NCBI GenBank assembly: GCA_000004695.1
Contig: CM000153.2
Location: forward strand, 1,536,001-1,600,000
DNA length: 64,000 nt
Direction: 5' to 3'
Source: Dictyostelium discoideum
Lineage: Eukaryota
In this document: positions 62,274-64,000 of the stretch, in pieces
Layout: every line of letters begins with the position of its first letter
How positions within the stretch are numbered: position 1 is the first letter of the stretch
Position numbers and translations under genes: made by a program
The notes under the pieces: generated by a model
Databases searched by the model: none
What the model saw: only the letters and a program-made list of their open reading frames with translations
Told to the model about the DNA's origin: nothing

Positions 62274-62452
62274 ATTCAATTGCTTTAATTTCAAAATCAT
62301 CAAAAAGTGGTCTCACTTCTGGTAATACTACCTCAAAATTAAATGGTATAACTGTTGGTGGTAATAATGTATCCAGTGTTAATTGTGGTGGATGTGGAGG
62401 TTATACTAACAATGAACCTTCATTGTATGGAGGTAATTGTGGATGTAACTAA
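62274..62452 (+). CDS. hssA/2C/7E-family protein, exon 2
   Basis: The acceptor tttttttAAG at 62271-62273 is followed by DSIALISKSSKSGLTSGNTTSKLNGITVGGNNVSSVNCGGCGGYTNNEPSLYGGNCGCN*. The 76-nt intron is AT-rich. The full protein is 63 aa. Confidence 0.65.
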
Positions 62453-63180
62453 GTTAAAAATTATTATTTTTTTTTTAAAATTCAAATAAATAAATAAAAA
62501 AAAAAAGTTAATCCACCATACCATAATTTATTTTTTTTTTTAAAAAAAAAAAAAATGTTTTTATTATGAAATTATTTTGTTTCAAAAAGGACTCAAAGAG
62601 GTCTGGTAACTACCATTTCTTAATGTTAAAAATAATTAAAAAAACCAAAATGATTCAATTTCCTAGGTCTTAACTTTTGTTGTTTTTTTAGGAAAATTTC
62701 ATTTTGTATTAGGACACACCAAAAATAGAATTTTTTTTATTTTTAAATTTTTTTGTTTTTTTATTTTTATTTTTTGTTTTTTGTTTTTTTAAAAATTTAT
62801 CTGAAAAAAAAAAAAATTAAAAAAAAAAAATATATATTTGGTGTAATGCTGTGGGTTATATAATAAAAAAAAAAAAAAAAAAAAAAAAATCTTTTGAAAA
62901 ATAATTTATTGTTGTTTTTTTATTTTTGAATATCTTTGCTAAAAAAAAAAGATAAATTTATTTTTTTTAAGAAAATACCCTGGTATTTACAAATATGTGC
63001 AAAGAATTCTTGATTGGTAGTGTTGAATTTTGTGGAGTGAAAAACGGGGAAAATTTTTTTTTTTTTTTGATTTTTTTTTTTTTTTTTTTGATTTTTTTTT
63101 GTGTATGGTAAATGATTGGCTATGACCAGGTTCAATCTTTGTTCCATTTTTATTTTTTTTGTTTTTTTTAATTGTTTTTT

Positions 63181-63182
<2 letters not shown>

Positions 63183-63240
<58 letters not shown>
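63183..63240. repeat. Roughly 58-nt uninterrupted poly(T) tract
   Basis: Seen directly in the sequence. Many further homopolymers of at least 25 nt occur elsewhere (for example 1218-1249, 2221-2270, 46811-46850, 47205-47265). Confidence 0.95.
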
Positions 63241-63244
<4 letters not shown>

Positions 63245-63637
63245 ATAAATTCCAAATATTTATTAAATTATTTTTTATCTACAAAATATTATTTTTTAGT
63301 CTCTCTAATAATTATTTTAATTATTTTAATTTTAATTTTTTTTTTTTAACCCCTTTTTTTTATATTTTAAATTTATTTGAATAAAAAGGTATATTATTTT
63401 TTTTATTTTTATTTTATTATTTATTATATTTTTTTTATTTTTCCCATTATTAAATCATTTAAAAAAAAAAATATTCTAATTATTTAAATTTTCTTTTTTT
63501 AATAAAAAAATATAAAAAAAAAAAACTACAAAACTAAAAAATTATATAATATTAAAAATTAATAAATTAATAATAAATCAATAAATAAATAAATAAATTA
63601 ATAAATAAATAAATATAAATTTTAAATTCCTCTAAAA

Positions 63638-64000
63638 GATGATTGCTCAACCACTTTCAATTTTAACATTAAACATTGACGATAAATTCAATCAACCAAT
63701 TGTCATCGGTGATTTACAAGAAAGTATTACTTCATTGTCATTGGGATTCGAATTTAACCAAACCATCGCACCTGGTGCCCTCCCAAACAATCTTAGATCA
63801 TTATCATTAGGCCGTAATTTCAATCAAACTATCACTCCAGGTATTTTACCAAATAGTTTAAAAACTTTAACAATTTTAAATCCAGATTTTAACCAAGAAT
63901 TAATTACAGAAGGTTCAATTCCACCATCTTTAGAACGTATTTATTGTGTCTCTGAAAATAAAGAATTTATAAATAATCCAGGACTTTCAAAATTCATTCA
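63638..64000 (+). CDS. FNIP-repeat-containing protein, 3'-truncated at window edge
   Basis: MIAQPLSILTLNIDDKFNQPIVIGDLQESITSLSLGFEFNQTIAPGALPNNLRSLSLGRNFNQTITPGILPNSLKTLTILNPDFNQELITEGSIPPSLERIY... shows tandem FNQxI..G.LP.SL..L.fG modules (the Dictyostelium FNIP repeat). The frame is open to the end of the window. Confidence 0.75.

Noticed and set aside
1-64000. Expectation of a prokaryotic defence or novel operon-type system (CRISPR, toxin-antitoxin and similar)
   Set aside because: The sequence is unambiguously eukaryotic: spliceosomal introns, AT-rich intergenics, poly-N/Q proteins, and ribosomal protein S16 with an intron. No direct-repeat/spacer arrays or bacterial gene organisation are present.

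Overview
The window looks like Dictyostelium-type eukaryotic nuclear DNA, not a prokaryotic locus. It is about 78% A+T with extreme poly(A)/poly(T) tracts, has coding poly-Asn/Gln runs encoded by (AAT)n/(CAA)n, and has short AT-rich introns with GTAAGT/GTATGT...AG boundaries. An hssA/2C/7E-family gene, a FNIP-repeat gene, and a tRNA with a downstream T-run are also present. There are no operons, CRISPR arrays or prokaryotic defence systems. The 'system' is a dense array of about 25 protein-coding genes on both strands plus one tRNA-Ser gene; gene models and exon/intron joins were built by hand from frame continuity, splice motifs and family-level protein motifs. Genes recognised: EF-1beta (partial), GNAT-like acetyltransferase, ANK+RA-domain protein, ABCF ATPase (3 exons), RMI1 (3 exons), two tandem HSD17B12/KAR-like SDRs, a large hypothetical protein, cytochrome P450, a second SDR, ribosomal protein S16, a secreted Cys-containing protein, phospholipase D (HKD), a KH/RGG protein, PfkB sugar kinase, U2 snRNP A', a Myb-domain protein, a 5-exon C2H2 zinc-finger protein, a large ankyrin-repeat protein, a GT2+GT4 glycosyltransferase, an AMSH-type JAMM deubiquitinase, SDS22 (PPP1R7), an hssA-family small protein and a FNIP-repeat protein (partial). 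The most unusual structure is a roughly 2.2 kb segment at about 3.5-5.8 kb bounded by about 250 bp inverted repeats. It contains diverged duplicates of the 3' ends of both flanking genes, which suggests transduplication or a fold-back rearrangement. Other points of interest are recurring GGGGGAGGGG G-box-like motifs in this AT-rich background, an SDR with Phe at the catalytic Tyr position, a tRNA-Ser with a GC-richer flank that could be a retroelement target remnant, and a 5 kb ORF-free region at 39.4-44.5 kb. All coordinates were hand-indexed and may be off by 1-2 nt at splice junctions. Several ORF-track starts are non-ATG, so the M there is an artefact.
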